Assembly: GCF_025526975.1 (NCBI RefSeq)
Contig: NW_026515686.1
Span: forward strand, 558,001 to 579,743
DNA: 21,743 bases
Direction of reading: 5' to 3'
Source: Fimicolochytrium jonesii
Lineage: Eukaryota
In this document: positions 10,968 through 20,337 of the stretch, piece after piece
Numbering within the stretch: position 1 is the stretch's first letter
How the letters are laid out: each line of letters opens with the position of its first letter
Notes under the pieces: model-generated
What the model was told of the DNA's origin: nothing
Database searches by the model: none
The model's input: only the letters and a program-made list of their open reading frames with translations
Position numbers and translations under genes: made by a program

Positions 10968-12157
10968 CTAACCCTCCACCTCGTACAACGTATCGCAGGA
11001 CCGCCTTAGTTCGTCGCGACGAATGATTTTCCGAGTTAGCTCTGCTTCACTATCCCACGGATGCAATTCAAGGTCCTCGTCGGTATCAAACACCTCCTCC
11101 TCGTCAGTATCGGTATCGGAGAGTGGAACATCTCCTTCTCCGGCGGCACCGCGCATGTTATTCAAGACCGCCTGAGCAAAATGGGCCCGGAAAAGCTCAG
11201 GCTCCGGAAAGAGATTTCGGAAATATGTTGGAGTGGGACTGTGAGGGAGGATGCGGGGTGTCATGACTTCTTGACCGTGATGCAATCCAGTTACGGGACG
11301 GAACAAATGCACAACAAACTGTTTGCAAAAACCGCATTGTTAAGACGGTGATGCGCAACGAAATAATGTCCGTTCAAACCTTGTCATCTTTGGACCAAAT
11401 GGAGAACCGGAAGGCATGGAAACTGTCGTGCAGCGACGAAGTCATTGTTAGACCGTTCTTGGTGTCGAAAGACGGAAGATAACGGTTGGAGACGACGGGG
11501 AAGCCGCATAAGAAGTCTCGTCGATCAGGATCCTCCTCGAACTGTGTTGGAAGATATGTCTGCATGAGCGACTCACGCTCTTACTCAACCTGCAAGCACA
11601 CATACCCATTTTGCGCCATACTCCGGGGTCAGGACGTGACAGCATTTGAGAATCGCGTCATCACATTCGCCAGTCAATACGCAGCATTGGTCACGACGGG
11701 TGCAGTGAGCTCTCATCGCAGCTTGAAGGCCTTTCTTTTCGTCCTTCGACACTTTCCTAAGCAGTTCCTCGGTACCCTGGTCGGCTGATACAGGCTTCGC
11801 GGAGGTACCCACAGGAGAATCATCTGATCCGTGCTTACTCGCTTTACGGCGGGTTGAACCCCTTGAACGCATTTGAGCGACGTCTGGTGGTTGTAGAACA
11901 CAGCCAGCAATCGCCGACGACGGATTGCCTGGAACATGGATTGTCAATTTCCTGCATCTGGGAGGCAGGGTGTCTGGTGAATAAAGGGCCCAAGCATTGT
12001 CTGTGTTGCGATAGGAAATGGCGAATGGTGTTGTTTCCAGCACGGGGAAGGCTATCTGCATTGCCAAGGTCAAAACATCCGCTGCAGGTAATACGACGAA
12101 TGGAAAGGAGGCGAGGAAGTTGTTGCTTGCGTCGAAAATGCGAAGGCTGGTTGGCAT
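10968..12157 (-). CDS. HNH endonuclease (HNH_2-type, Crinkler-like), 3 exons: 12157-11606, 11559-11380, 11318-10968; 360 aa
   Basis: RRDQCCVLTG...CCHVL; NGLTMTSSLHDSFHAFRFSI; PELFRAHFAQAVLNNMRGAAG followed by an acidic tail. Two phase-0 GT-AG introns (11605-11560, 46 nt; 11379-11319, 61 nt with a CTTAAC branch site) join the three ORFs with no stop. Confidence 0.88.
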
Positions 12158-12381
12158 GGTGCAAGGCTATTCTCGAAAGGCTGTTGTTGCTGTGACGAGT
12201 GTTTGTTCGTTGAATGAGCTACAAGTCTGGTTGCTGTAAGACTCGGGTCGTTGCCTAGTACTTCTCGCGAAAAGCAAGGAAAATTGCAAGCCAGTTTCGG
12301 GCGGAGATCGATCTATTATAGATCATCCTACTCGATTTATAAATAGACCGAATCGGAACCGCAATAGGTTCCGCGTATCGG

Positions 12382-12466
12382 ACAGGAATGGATACACCTG
12401 ACCTGGATACACAGGAATGGATACACCCAGGAATGGAACACCTGTGGGCGGAACACTGCGGAACAC
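12382..12466. repeat. Short imperfect repeats CAGGAATGGATACAC (x3) and GCGGAACAC (x2)
   Basis: Seen directly. Confidence 0.7.
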
Positions 12467-12809
12467 CGAGAAACTTTAAATTTCCTGCCCCTCCGAAGAT
12501 CCTCCGATGATGGATCCATCTTTTCTTCCCGTCTTCTCCCGTCTTCTTCCGTCTTTGTCGTCGTCAAATATCTATCGTTTTCGTACGGGTTCTCGACGAC
12601 GACAGTGGTAAAGATCCATTCATCGCACTCCACAGCTCACTCACGCGTTCGATCGCACCTCACCCATCATCCGACTGTTTTCCAAACACGGACACTCGGG
12701 AACTCACGCAAATCCACCCAAAACATGTTTACAAAACCAGTACCACCAACCCCACTTACTCCTAAGTTTACCTACGCAGACCATGAAACATGGATCGCCT
12801 TGACTGTAG

Positions 12810-13515
12810 TTGTCGGCGGCCATGGGGATGTCCGTTGAGTATATTCCTTTAGGGAATGTTACGCTTGAGGATTGGATACGAACCTTGGAGGCTGATGAGT
12901 ACTTCGCTTTGCAGAAAGAGGCGTTGTCGCAGCCAAAGGAACGACAGTCTACATTCGATGGACGTTTCTCGATCGATGAGCATGGTCGTTTACTGTACCA
13001 CGATAAGTTCTACGTGCCAGCTGCTTTACGAGGGCTGTATTGCAGGCGTACCACGACTCGTTGCTTTCTGGCTCGCATACGGGGGTTCAAGGTACATTGG
13101 GCAAGCTCCTACGTGAGTTTTACTGGCCCAATATGGACGCAGACGTGAGAAGGTACACCAAGACTTGTGGGTCTTGCCAAAGGTTGAAGTCGCCGAACAA
13201 TAAGCGCGTTGGCTTACTTCGTTCGCTCCCAGTTCCCGACCGACATTGGCACACGATGGGTATGGATCCTGTCTCGATGCCAATAACACGGTCGTGAGGG
13301 GGGGAAGGTGCATAGTGATGCGTTTTACGACAGTATTATTGTCTTCATCGACTATCTGTCAGGGCGCGCATACTTTATACCTGCGGCATCCACGATAACT
13401 GCCGAGGAGTTGGCCCAGCTTTACTTCCGTGAGGTATGGCGCCATACAGGTACTGCAGCTGTGATCGTCGGAGATCGAGATCCACGCTACCTGGCATACT
13501 TTTGGAAGGTGTTTG
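12810..13515 (+). mobile_element. Ty3/Gypsy LTR-retrotransposon integrase fragment (decayed)
   Basis: The HHCC zinc finger reads YHD...GSHTG...FYWPNM...VRRYTKTCGSCQRLK, then GLLRSLPVP...W...MD. The rve core reads IIVFIDYLS...FIP...IVGDRDPRY...FW. It has two frameshifts (~13038, ~13290-13305) and is truncated before the catalytic Glu. Confidence 0.93.
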
Positions 13516-13547
13516 AATCGTTACATCGCAACGCACAGCACCTCACT

Positions 13548-13690
13548 CACACACGCACATCACACAGAAGGCAAGCCTCTGAACAGCCCAGGAACCACAC
13601 ACACACGCACATCACACAGAAGGCAAGCCTCTGAACAGCCCAGGAACCACACACACACGCACATCACACGAGGCAAGCCTTCAACAGCCC
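13548..13690. repeat. 52-bp CA-rich minisatellite (~2.7 copies) followed by CA-rich low complexity to ~13750
   Basis: GAAGGCAAGCCTCTGAACAGCCCAGGAACCACACACACACGCACATCACACA recurs at 13567 and 13619, and partially at 13670. Confidence 0.9.
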
Positions 13691-13785
13691 ACACATCACG
13701 TACACACGCACCCACGCACCCACGGATACAACGCACACGCACCACGCACGCGACCCCAGTGCTTTTCATCGAAAGCCGCTCCATC

Positions 13786-15996
13786 TCACTCAAGAATGAC
13801 GGCGAACTTTGGGATGCTGGCTCCTCGTTTGTATGGTGTCGGGACGGGGGCTCGCTGGAAGTCGTTGGAAGGCTCATCAGTCTCCTGCGAGCTCGGGGCC
13901 GAAGACAAGTGTAGTTCGAAGTCGTCGGAATCGTAACCCGCCTCCGCTCGGAGGCTTATGTCAATTCGCTCCTAGTGGCATCAGATGTGTTTCAGGAAAA
14001 AAATGTTCCTGTCAGAAACCGTCGGAAAGGAGACAAAAGTTACCGCACGCACTCTAATGTGGAGCATAGCGCCGACCAGTCGAAGCAGCAGGTCCATATC
14101 CTCTAGTCTCCGTGGAAACTTGCAGGATGCGCTATGGTACATCGTGTAGATGCCGTCATACTCGAGAGTCATCTCGTAGATTTCGATGGACTCTCCTGCA
14201 TTTTTCAAAGTCGATTAGGACAATGCATTCGGCATATTGGAATAGGCTGTGGTACGCACGGAGCAGTTGAATTCCGAAGCAGAATGCGTCATTGACCCCT
14301 GTCTTCGTCTTCTCGTTCACCGAGCCTTGCAAGAAGAGCGCCACTTTGAACAGATCGTACATGGCAGCCGCGGAAGAGTCCGCAAATTTGCCGGACTTCG
14401 TTTTCAGGAACAACTCTTCAAAGCGCTCGGAGAGAACGCGACCGTCTGGCTTCTTCCCACATGCATCTGGGCGGTACGCCTGCCTATGGAGTCGAGAGCT
14501 GCGGCTCTCCCCGTTCGCCCTGGTCATACTTCAGTACGGGGAGAAAGGAAAGCTGCAAATGTGGCAGGAAGAAGCAAGGATCATACCAAACGGTCACCAT
14601 CTGGTCGTCGTTGAAAAACCTCTCCATCAAGGTATGCAGTATGGCATGGACGTTAGTGTCCTCATCAAACGTTGCCCCATTGAAGGTTCTCAATCTCTTT
14701 TCCTTATTCAGCGCGTCGACACTGGGGGAATGCGCGGAGTGATTGTCAGTCTCAGGTTGATGCGTAATTGGCCGACATCACGTACAAAGACGAAATGACC
14801 ATCAAAACTTTCCACGGGGAATCCCCCAGGCATCCTGCCCCGTCATCACTTCGGAGAAGTGCGTTCGCCAGGTGCTTCTTCCACGTGGCTTCGAAAGGGT
14901 GGTTTGATCGTAGTTCCTGATAAGGTCGGTGATCAAATGAGATGGGCAAAACTGCTCGTCTTTCGCCCCGATACACCCTGCCGCGAAACCCGATCTCGGT
15001 CCTACCTTGCAGAATGGCTCAACCACATCGGCAACCGCACCTTTGAGCGAGGCATCCATGCGTCGCTTGCACGTCTCAAGCCTCATCTGTTCCCAGGTAC
15101 GCCGAATGTTCGGCCGATCGCATGTGGATATGAAGGATGGGAGGTATGTGCTGCTGACCAAAAGGATGTTGTTCAACAACCTAAACGGGAAACGAGGTAA
15201 GTCTCTTTCACCATCGCAGAAGTGACCGTATGCGAACTATTTACAATATGTCGCTGATGGTTTCCATTTTGTATCCAGGAATATCCTCCCCCCTGACGCA
15301 TTTCTTGTACAGGTGATGTTGTGCCTCTCTCACCCATCGGGAGATGTTTGCGCCGCCAAATTTGAACTGTGAAAGTAGTAAGTATTCTGGACACCTAGAA
15401 GCAGACATTGGCACTTACGTCATGCTTCGATTGATATTCTTTGATCGTCGCGAAACGCTCACGAATCGTGGCAACGGAGAGGGTCACCACCTGCGACGGA
15501 AGAAGATCAGGATGTGAAGTTGTCCCGGGAACACAACACATGGTTCCCATGCCTGCTTTCCACTGTCTTCGATCTCCGCGGTTTCCTCTTCCTCTTCCTC
15601 ATCGAGACCATCTGCGGGGTCGCTCAGGCCAGGATCCTCGGACGCCAGCGTCTTTTCCAACTCTCCTTCCATCGCCGCCTCGTTCACCTCCCCCCGATTC
15701 CCCGCCGCCACATCGTCCGCAGCCCCCTTCTCGTTCACCGTTACCTCCTCCATCACCGGCGCCTCCTGAATCACCGTCTCCCCCGGCGTCGCCGTCTCGT
15801 CCATCTTGCTCTCGCATACTTCATCCGCCGTCATCTCATCCTCATCGCCATCGCTTTCGCTCTCGCTTTCCGAATTCGTCTCCATCACTGGCTCCGAAAG
15901 CACCTCTTGGCCGCCACCACCTTCCTCAGCCGTCCGACATCGCTTCGCCCGACCCGGCGAAATTTCGCCGCCTTGCCGCTTTCGGCCATTCACCAT
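13786..15996 (-). CDS. Multi-exon PD-(D/E)xK REase-fold (Crinkler-type) protein with basic NLS-like and acidic N-terminus; 5' exon structure uncertain
   Basis: Checked introns 14586-14520, 14259-14196 and 14052-13972 give VTVWANGESRSSR...GKKPDGRV...LFLKTK...DLFKVA...FGIQLLRESIEIYEMTLEYDGIYTMY...FP...LLLRLV...PTPYKR...* (TGA 13788-13786). Further GT..AG introns are apparent between 14700 and 15550. The start may lie at 15996 or upstream (to 16230). Confidence 0.72.
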
Positions 15997-16587
15997 ATTG
16001 ATCAGATCTTGATGGCATTTGACCAAGGAGTCCTGGGCCTGCCAGGCGGTATCTTGAGATATCCATGCGGATTTATGCGTGCCCACCAAGCTCTCGGTCA
16101 TCTGTAGGAAAGCACACGTCCGACCAAAGCGGGCGCAATGAAAAACAAATGGACCGAAGAACGAATAATCGAAATAATAGAGGATTTTGCGGATAATGTT
16201 GTCAATCGAAAGATGCATCGTTACAGACATAGGTATGTGTAGGATAGGTGTTTCCCATCGATGACAGCCGAGATGGAATGTGGGGTTTTAGAGGAGGATA
16301 GACATCGTAAACGCGATTCATATGAATGAGATCAGGGAGGTGTGGAAGAGGAACAGAGATGGATGCGGAGGGGTATCAGTATACAAAAGGACAAAATTCC
16401 TGCACTTGAATCGAGGGACCGCTGACCTTTTCCATGCTCTCCTTTTCCTTCTTCTGTTCCTGAATGAACGTGGCCTCGCTCTTGCAAAGAAGGGAAGATA
16501 AGAAAGTTGAAAGTTAGATGTTGGTCTTGAAGGACAGATAGCGCATAAGATTGTCAGAAAGAAAAGGCCCATAGGGACAGGCTAAGA

Positions 16588-16921
16588 GACAGATACGAGA
16601 CACCTGTTTCGGGCTAATGTCCTCGCTCTGTCTGGACAGGTACCGCTGGTGCACTTAAGCCTCCACCGATCCTACCAGGAGAGGTCACCTTCCAACTTTA
16701 CTTGCTGAACGCGTCCTCCCCTCCCTGCGGCCGTTCTGCCAAGCGGTTCACCCTCCGGAAGGACACCATATCCATCGTGGGGAACGGACAGATATGAGAC
16801 ACCTGTTTCGGGCTAATGTCCTCACTCTTGCCTGGACAGGTACCGCTGGTGCACTTAAGCCTCCACCGATCCTGCCAGGAGAGGCCACCTTCCAACTTTA
16901 CTTGCTGAACGCGTCCTCCCC
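16588..16921. repeat. ~134-bp direct duplication (16588-16721 and 16787-16921)
   Basis: Near-identical copies differing by a few substitutions and one indel. Confidence 0.92.
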
Positions 16922-17045
16922 CGCAAGTTCCAAACCTGCGCGCACCGCGAACTTGGCAGCTTCTACAGAGCAACTTGAGTGGTGAACTCACCGCCTTGGC
17001 TTTCACAATCCGCTTCATCAATGCCCGCTGCGCATTCCTCGTCAT
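16698..17045 (-). pseudogene. Zn-ribbon-containing ORF relic
   Basis: LLCRSC...RWRLKCTSGTC. It is partly duplicated by the 134-bp repeat, and the left copy has CAG>TAG. Confidence 0.35.
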
Positions 17046-17607
17046 CGTCTTTCCCGGTGTCGTTGTAAGATCAACCTGGATTCTCCCGCACGTAGGTATT
17101 TATGGCTTTGAGTTTGACGGGCTTTGCCATGTTGCTTCTTTGAGTCGGTGTGCTAATCTGCGTGGGTCCGGGGGTAGCGAGCGACGCAAGCAGATGGGCG
17201 ATGTGCATCGAGTGTTGTTGCGTCCATTGACCAGTTCAGAAGGACGCGTCCGTGAGCTCGGACGGGGCCGACACGCCGCCGCACCACTGGATTCCGTTCG
17301 AGGTTGTGCTTACTAAGCTTCTTTTCTTACCAGCCAAAATGGACATACTGTTACGTAGCCCTGAAAATGGAAGGCCGATCCGCACCCGCAGAGACTCAGA
17401 TTCCCCACGCCAACACTAGTCCGTACCTATCGCTGCACGGGAGGATATTTCAACGTTCTATGAAACCAGCCACTTCACGGCGAGCAACGCGATCGAGGAA
17501 TGGGATTTGGAGAGCGGAAAATTGTCATCAACGTGTCTTGGCATCTCTCCCGATAGCGAGATGCAAAAGCAACGAAAGAGCATGTTACGCAATGAAGTGG
17601 TTGTAAC

Positions 17608-17902
17608 TTATGCGATTGTGTCGGAAAGCCGAGAATTCTCGGCCTCCGTCCCGTTACCCGTAGTCCCAGGGTTCCCAGCCAAACCTGTACTAAGGGGAGT
17701 TCCGCCAGCGCCACCTGAAGCGTCCAGGATGAGACTATTTGGCAGAGGAACCTGATAAATACAAACGATACATCCTCCTCCGCCCCCTCCTCTGCCACCT
17801 GTAGCACCTGGAGTCCCTCCCGTATAGGATGCATTCCCACCGTTGCCTCCTGTTGCGCTGATCCTTCCTGTACCTTGCAACTGTCGGGTGGCAATGATCA
17901 AG
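17608..17902 (-). pseudogene. Glycine-rich protein C-terminal fragment (phage/giant-virus fibre-like repeat), 5'-truncated by telomere repeats
   Basis: IIATRQLQGTGRISATGGNGGN...GGGGGGCIVCIY...DASGGAGG...GNPGTTG; no ATG, and the frame runs straight into the (CCCTAA)n tract. Confidence 0.65.
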
Positions 17903-17995
17903 AGGGTTAGGGTTAGGGTTAGGGTTAGGGTTAGGGTTAGGGTTAGGGTTAGGGTTAGGGTTAGGGGTTAGGGTTAGGGTTAGGGGTTAGGGTTA
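17903..17995 (+). repeat. Interstitial telomere tract 1, ~15 x TTAGGG with two TTAGGGG variants
   Basis: Seen directly. Confidence 0.98.
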
Positions 17996-20238
17996 CAAGA
18001 CCCCCTGGGTTGGGTTTTATTATTGGGTTGCCTGGAACCCTAGGGACTTAGAAATTTTCGAGTTTTTTGGCTTTGGGCAGTGTTCTACAGTTCAGATTCG
18101 AGGTTCCAAGGGGTAGGGTGCCGGGGGTGGTGCGCACCTAGGCAAGCCGGGGGGGACTAGGTGTGCAAGGGCAAGTGATGGGTCATATGGGTGGTGGTGC
18201 AGGTACGGGGGGGGGGGGCAGGGGTGTCAATAGGGGGGGGGGGTTGATATAAAGGGGACATATACGTTATATATACCTTATAGGACTTGTGCAAATTGGG
18301 ATTTTTTTAGTGCCGATCCGGAGTTGGCGTCCTAATTAAAAGTTGGCCCCATATCATATTCTCTAATTGAAGTACTCTCGGATTGGCAATCCGTGCGGAA
18401 ACGGCTTCAGAAACTTAGAAAAACGAAATTTTCACGCGACGGGGGGTAAAAAATTGGAAAATGTGGTGATATCTCAACATCTGGCTGAATATCCAGTGTT
18501 GGGCACTTAATGAAAGTTGATTGTAGCCTATGGTTTGCATAGCTGATGTGGTAGCAAATCTTGTTTAACCTCGCTTTTGGCTGAAGAAAAGGGCCCCTTT
18601 TCAATTCTCAAGTCGTGACCCCCAAGACCTCCTAACAAAAGACACGTGTACGTATGTGCAGGCAAAGGGGTTTGGCCGTGTTCTCCAGTAAACATTTTGT
18701 GAATTTCGCTGTGCATTGTAGACTGTTTGTAGGACCCTTGCGGTATGTTATTTCCCAAAACTGTTGAACATTTTCCAGCTAAAGCAGTGTTCTACAGTTT
18801 GTCCATGCAGGTGAGGGCACGTGACCTGGGCCTGCTTCCAGGGTACGCAGAGTGAGAGGGGTGGGGTTAGAGATTTCCCAGCGCACTTATTAAACTCAGC
18901 CAAATTGTCTCTGTCATGGAACATTTAAAAATGGTGGAAAGTAGTATTGCATTTATTGATTTAGAGTACATTGGAAAAGCGCACATTCAGAAAAGGGTTT
19001 TGGTGTAAAGTTATCAACGACATTCAACAGTACTAAAGGACTTCCGCAAGCATGCAAGCATGTCACGGACTTGGTTCTGTCCAAAAGTCGTACGGCACTC
19101 AGGGTACCTGGCGCAGCGGAGACGGAAACGATGCTGACCGCCAATGCTATGAAAAGCTGAGCCTCCACAGTTGGGACATTGAAGCTGATCACGATGCTGA
19201 TGGAAGAGTTCACGGATATTGCCAATGGGAGCAGCATCAGGCACTTCCCCATCCCCATGACCCCACCAAGCACGAGCAGGATCAATGACGGGTGCAATGC
19301 CTTTGAACCATCCGGGATTGAAACCAAAAGAGTTGAGAACATCTCGGAAGCGCTGACAGTCTGTCACAGTAGTCTGTCTATTGCGATCACCTCTGAATAG
19401 AACTCTGGTGGCAGCGTCCATGATGCCATTGATGAGACTGTAGTACTCTTCCACCGGCACAAGCTTCAAGGAGTTTGCGCCCATGTGCTGGAAAATGGTC
19501 TCGATCTGGTCCAAATGGAGATTCAAAACCATCTGTTCCGCTGATTCCAACCTGGCGCACTGAACTCGCACTTCAACTCGCATGCCAGTAATGTGGAGCG
19601 GGTGACTGTTGAGCCATTGACGTAAACCTCTCAGTGTCTCACTGCGATCACCAAGGCTGGACTTGGTTTGGGGCATTCGCGAAGACAAAGTCGAAGAGTA
19701 GGCTTTGAGCGCATGAACAAGCTTTGGGTAGCAAGTAACCCAAACATTGGCGTGACCCGCAATGTCAAAGCGGGTGGACCCAAATCCCTCACCAAGGATG
19801 GTGAGCATGGGAAAGGTGGCGCCAACTCCACGTCCATTGTAGCGAACCAAAGGAATGACCCCATGAGTGTTCAACGTCTGACCAATGTCCCATGTGTTCA
19901 GTGCAGCATCGGGATGGTTGCTCACTTCCTGATCAAAGGAATAAGCTGGCAAAGTCCGAATGCGTTGCTTCATTCCATACTGCACAATGCGTACAGAGGG
20001 TGACACAGCACCAATGATGTCCTGGAACCCAGACATCAACAGATTTTGCCGCCCAGCAATCACTCGTGAGTGATCCGTGCTTTCCCTCACGATGATCGAA
20101 TGTTCATTGTGAAGTAACTCAAGAATCCTTGCCTTTGACTCTGGATTGAATGGAATGCTAATGACACAAGGTCTGCTAGCGATCCGCATCCAACCGGCGA
20201 AAGCTTCACTGTCCTTGATATGCTGCATCACTCCAGAC
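17996..20238 (-). mobile_element. Telomere-embedded element A (2243 bp), probably 5'-truncated
   Basis: Bounded by telomere tracts on both sides. Its left end recurs at 21007 with the same junction. It carries one long minus-strand ORF and ~1 kb of non-coding 3' region. Confidence 0.7.
19014..20228 (-). CDS. Uncharacterised ~404-aa protein with C-terminal Zn ribbon (CPNC...CARYPEC), encoded by element A
   Basis: Long intronless open frame, with AATAAA at 18957-18952 just downstream of the stop. The NPNPNP N-terminus in the ORF track is translated telomere repeat. The first ATG past the tract (20228) is only 10 nt from it, so the true N-terminus may be lost. Confidence 0.75.
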   Translation of the reverse strand: MQHIKDSEAFAGWMRIASRPCVISIPFNPESKARILELLHNEHSIIVRESTDHSRVIAGRQNLLMSGFQDIIGAVSPSVRIVQYGMKQRIRTLPAYSFDQEVSNHPDAALNTWDIGQTLNTHGVIPLVRYNGRGVGATFPMLTILGEGFGSTRFDIAGHANVWVTCYPKLVHALKAYSSTLSSRMPQTKSSLGDRSETLRGLRQWLNSHPLHITGMRVEVRVQCARLESAEQMVLNLHLDQIETIFQHMGANSLKLVPVEEYYSLINGIMDAATRVLFRGDRNRQTTVTDCQRFRDVLNSFGFNPGWFKGIAPVIDPARAWWGHGDGEVPDAAPIGNIRELFHQHRDQLQCPNCGGSAFHSIGGQHRFRLRCARYPECRTTFGQNQVRDMLACLRKSFSTVECR

Positions 20239-20337
20239 TTAGGGTTAGGGTTAGGGTTAGGGTTAGGGTTAGGATTAGGGTTAGGGTTAGGGTTAGGGTT
20301 AGGGTTAGGGTTAGGGTTAGGGTTAGGGTTAGGGTTA
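20239..20337 (+). repeat. Interstitial telomere tract 2, 16.5 x TTAGGG with one TTAGGA variant
   Basis: Seen directly. Confidence 0.98.

Noticed and set aside
10963..10975. TAACCCTAACCCT, two telomere units in the opposite orientation
   Set aside because: Very short and overlaps the HNH gene's last codons and stop; plausibly chance.
12382..13690. Short repeats considered as a CRISPR-like array
   Set aside because: There are no unique regular spacers and no cas genes, and the context is eukaryotic.
15441..16107. Pro-rich and Arg/His-rich plus-strand ORFs
   Set aside because: Antisense shadows of the acidic exon on the minus strand.
18407..18604. Duplicated 65-aa ORF (also 21423-21620)
   Set aside because: It has a non-ATG start and no motifs; its recurrence is explained by the DNA duplication.
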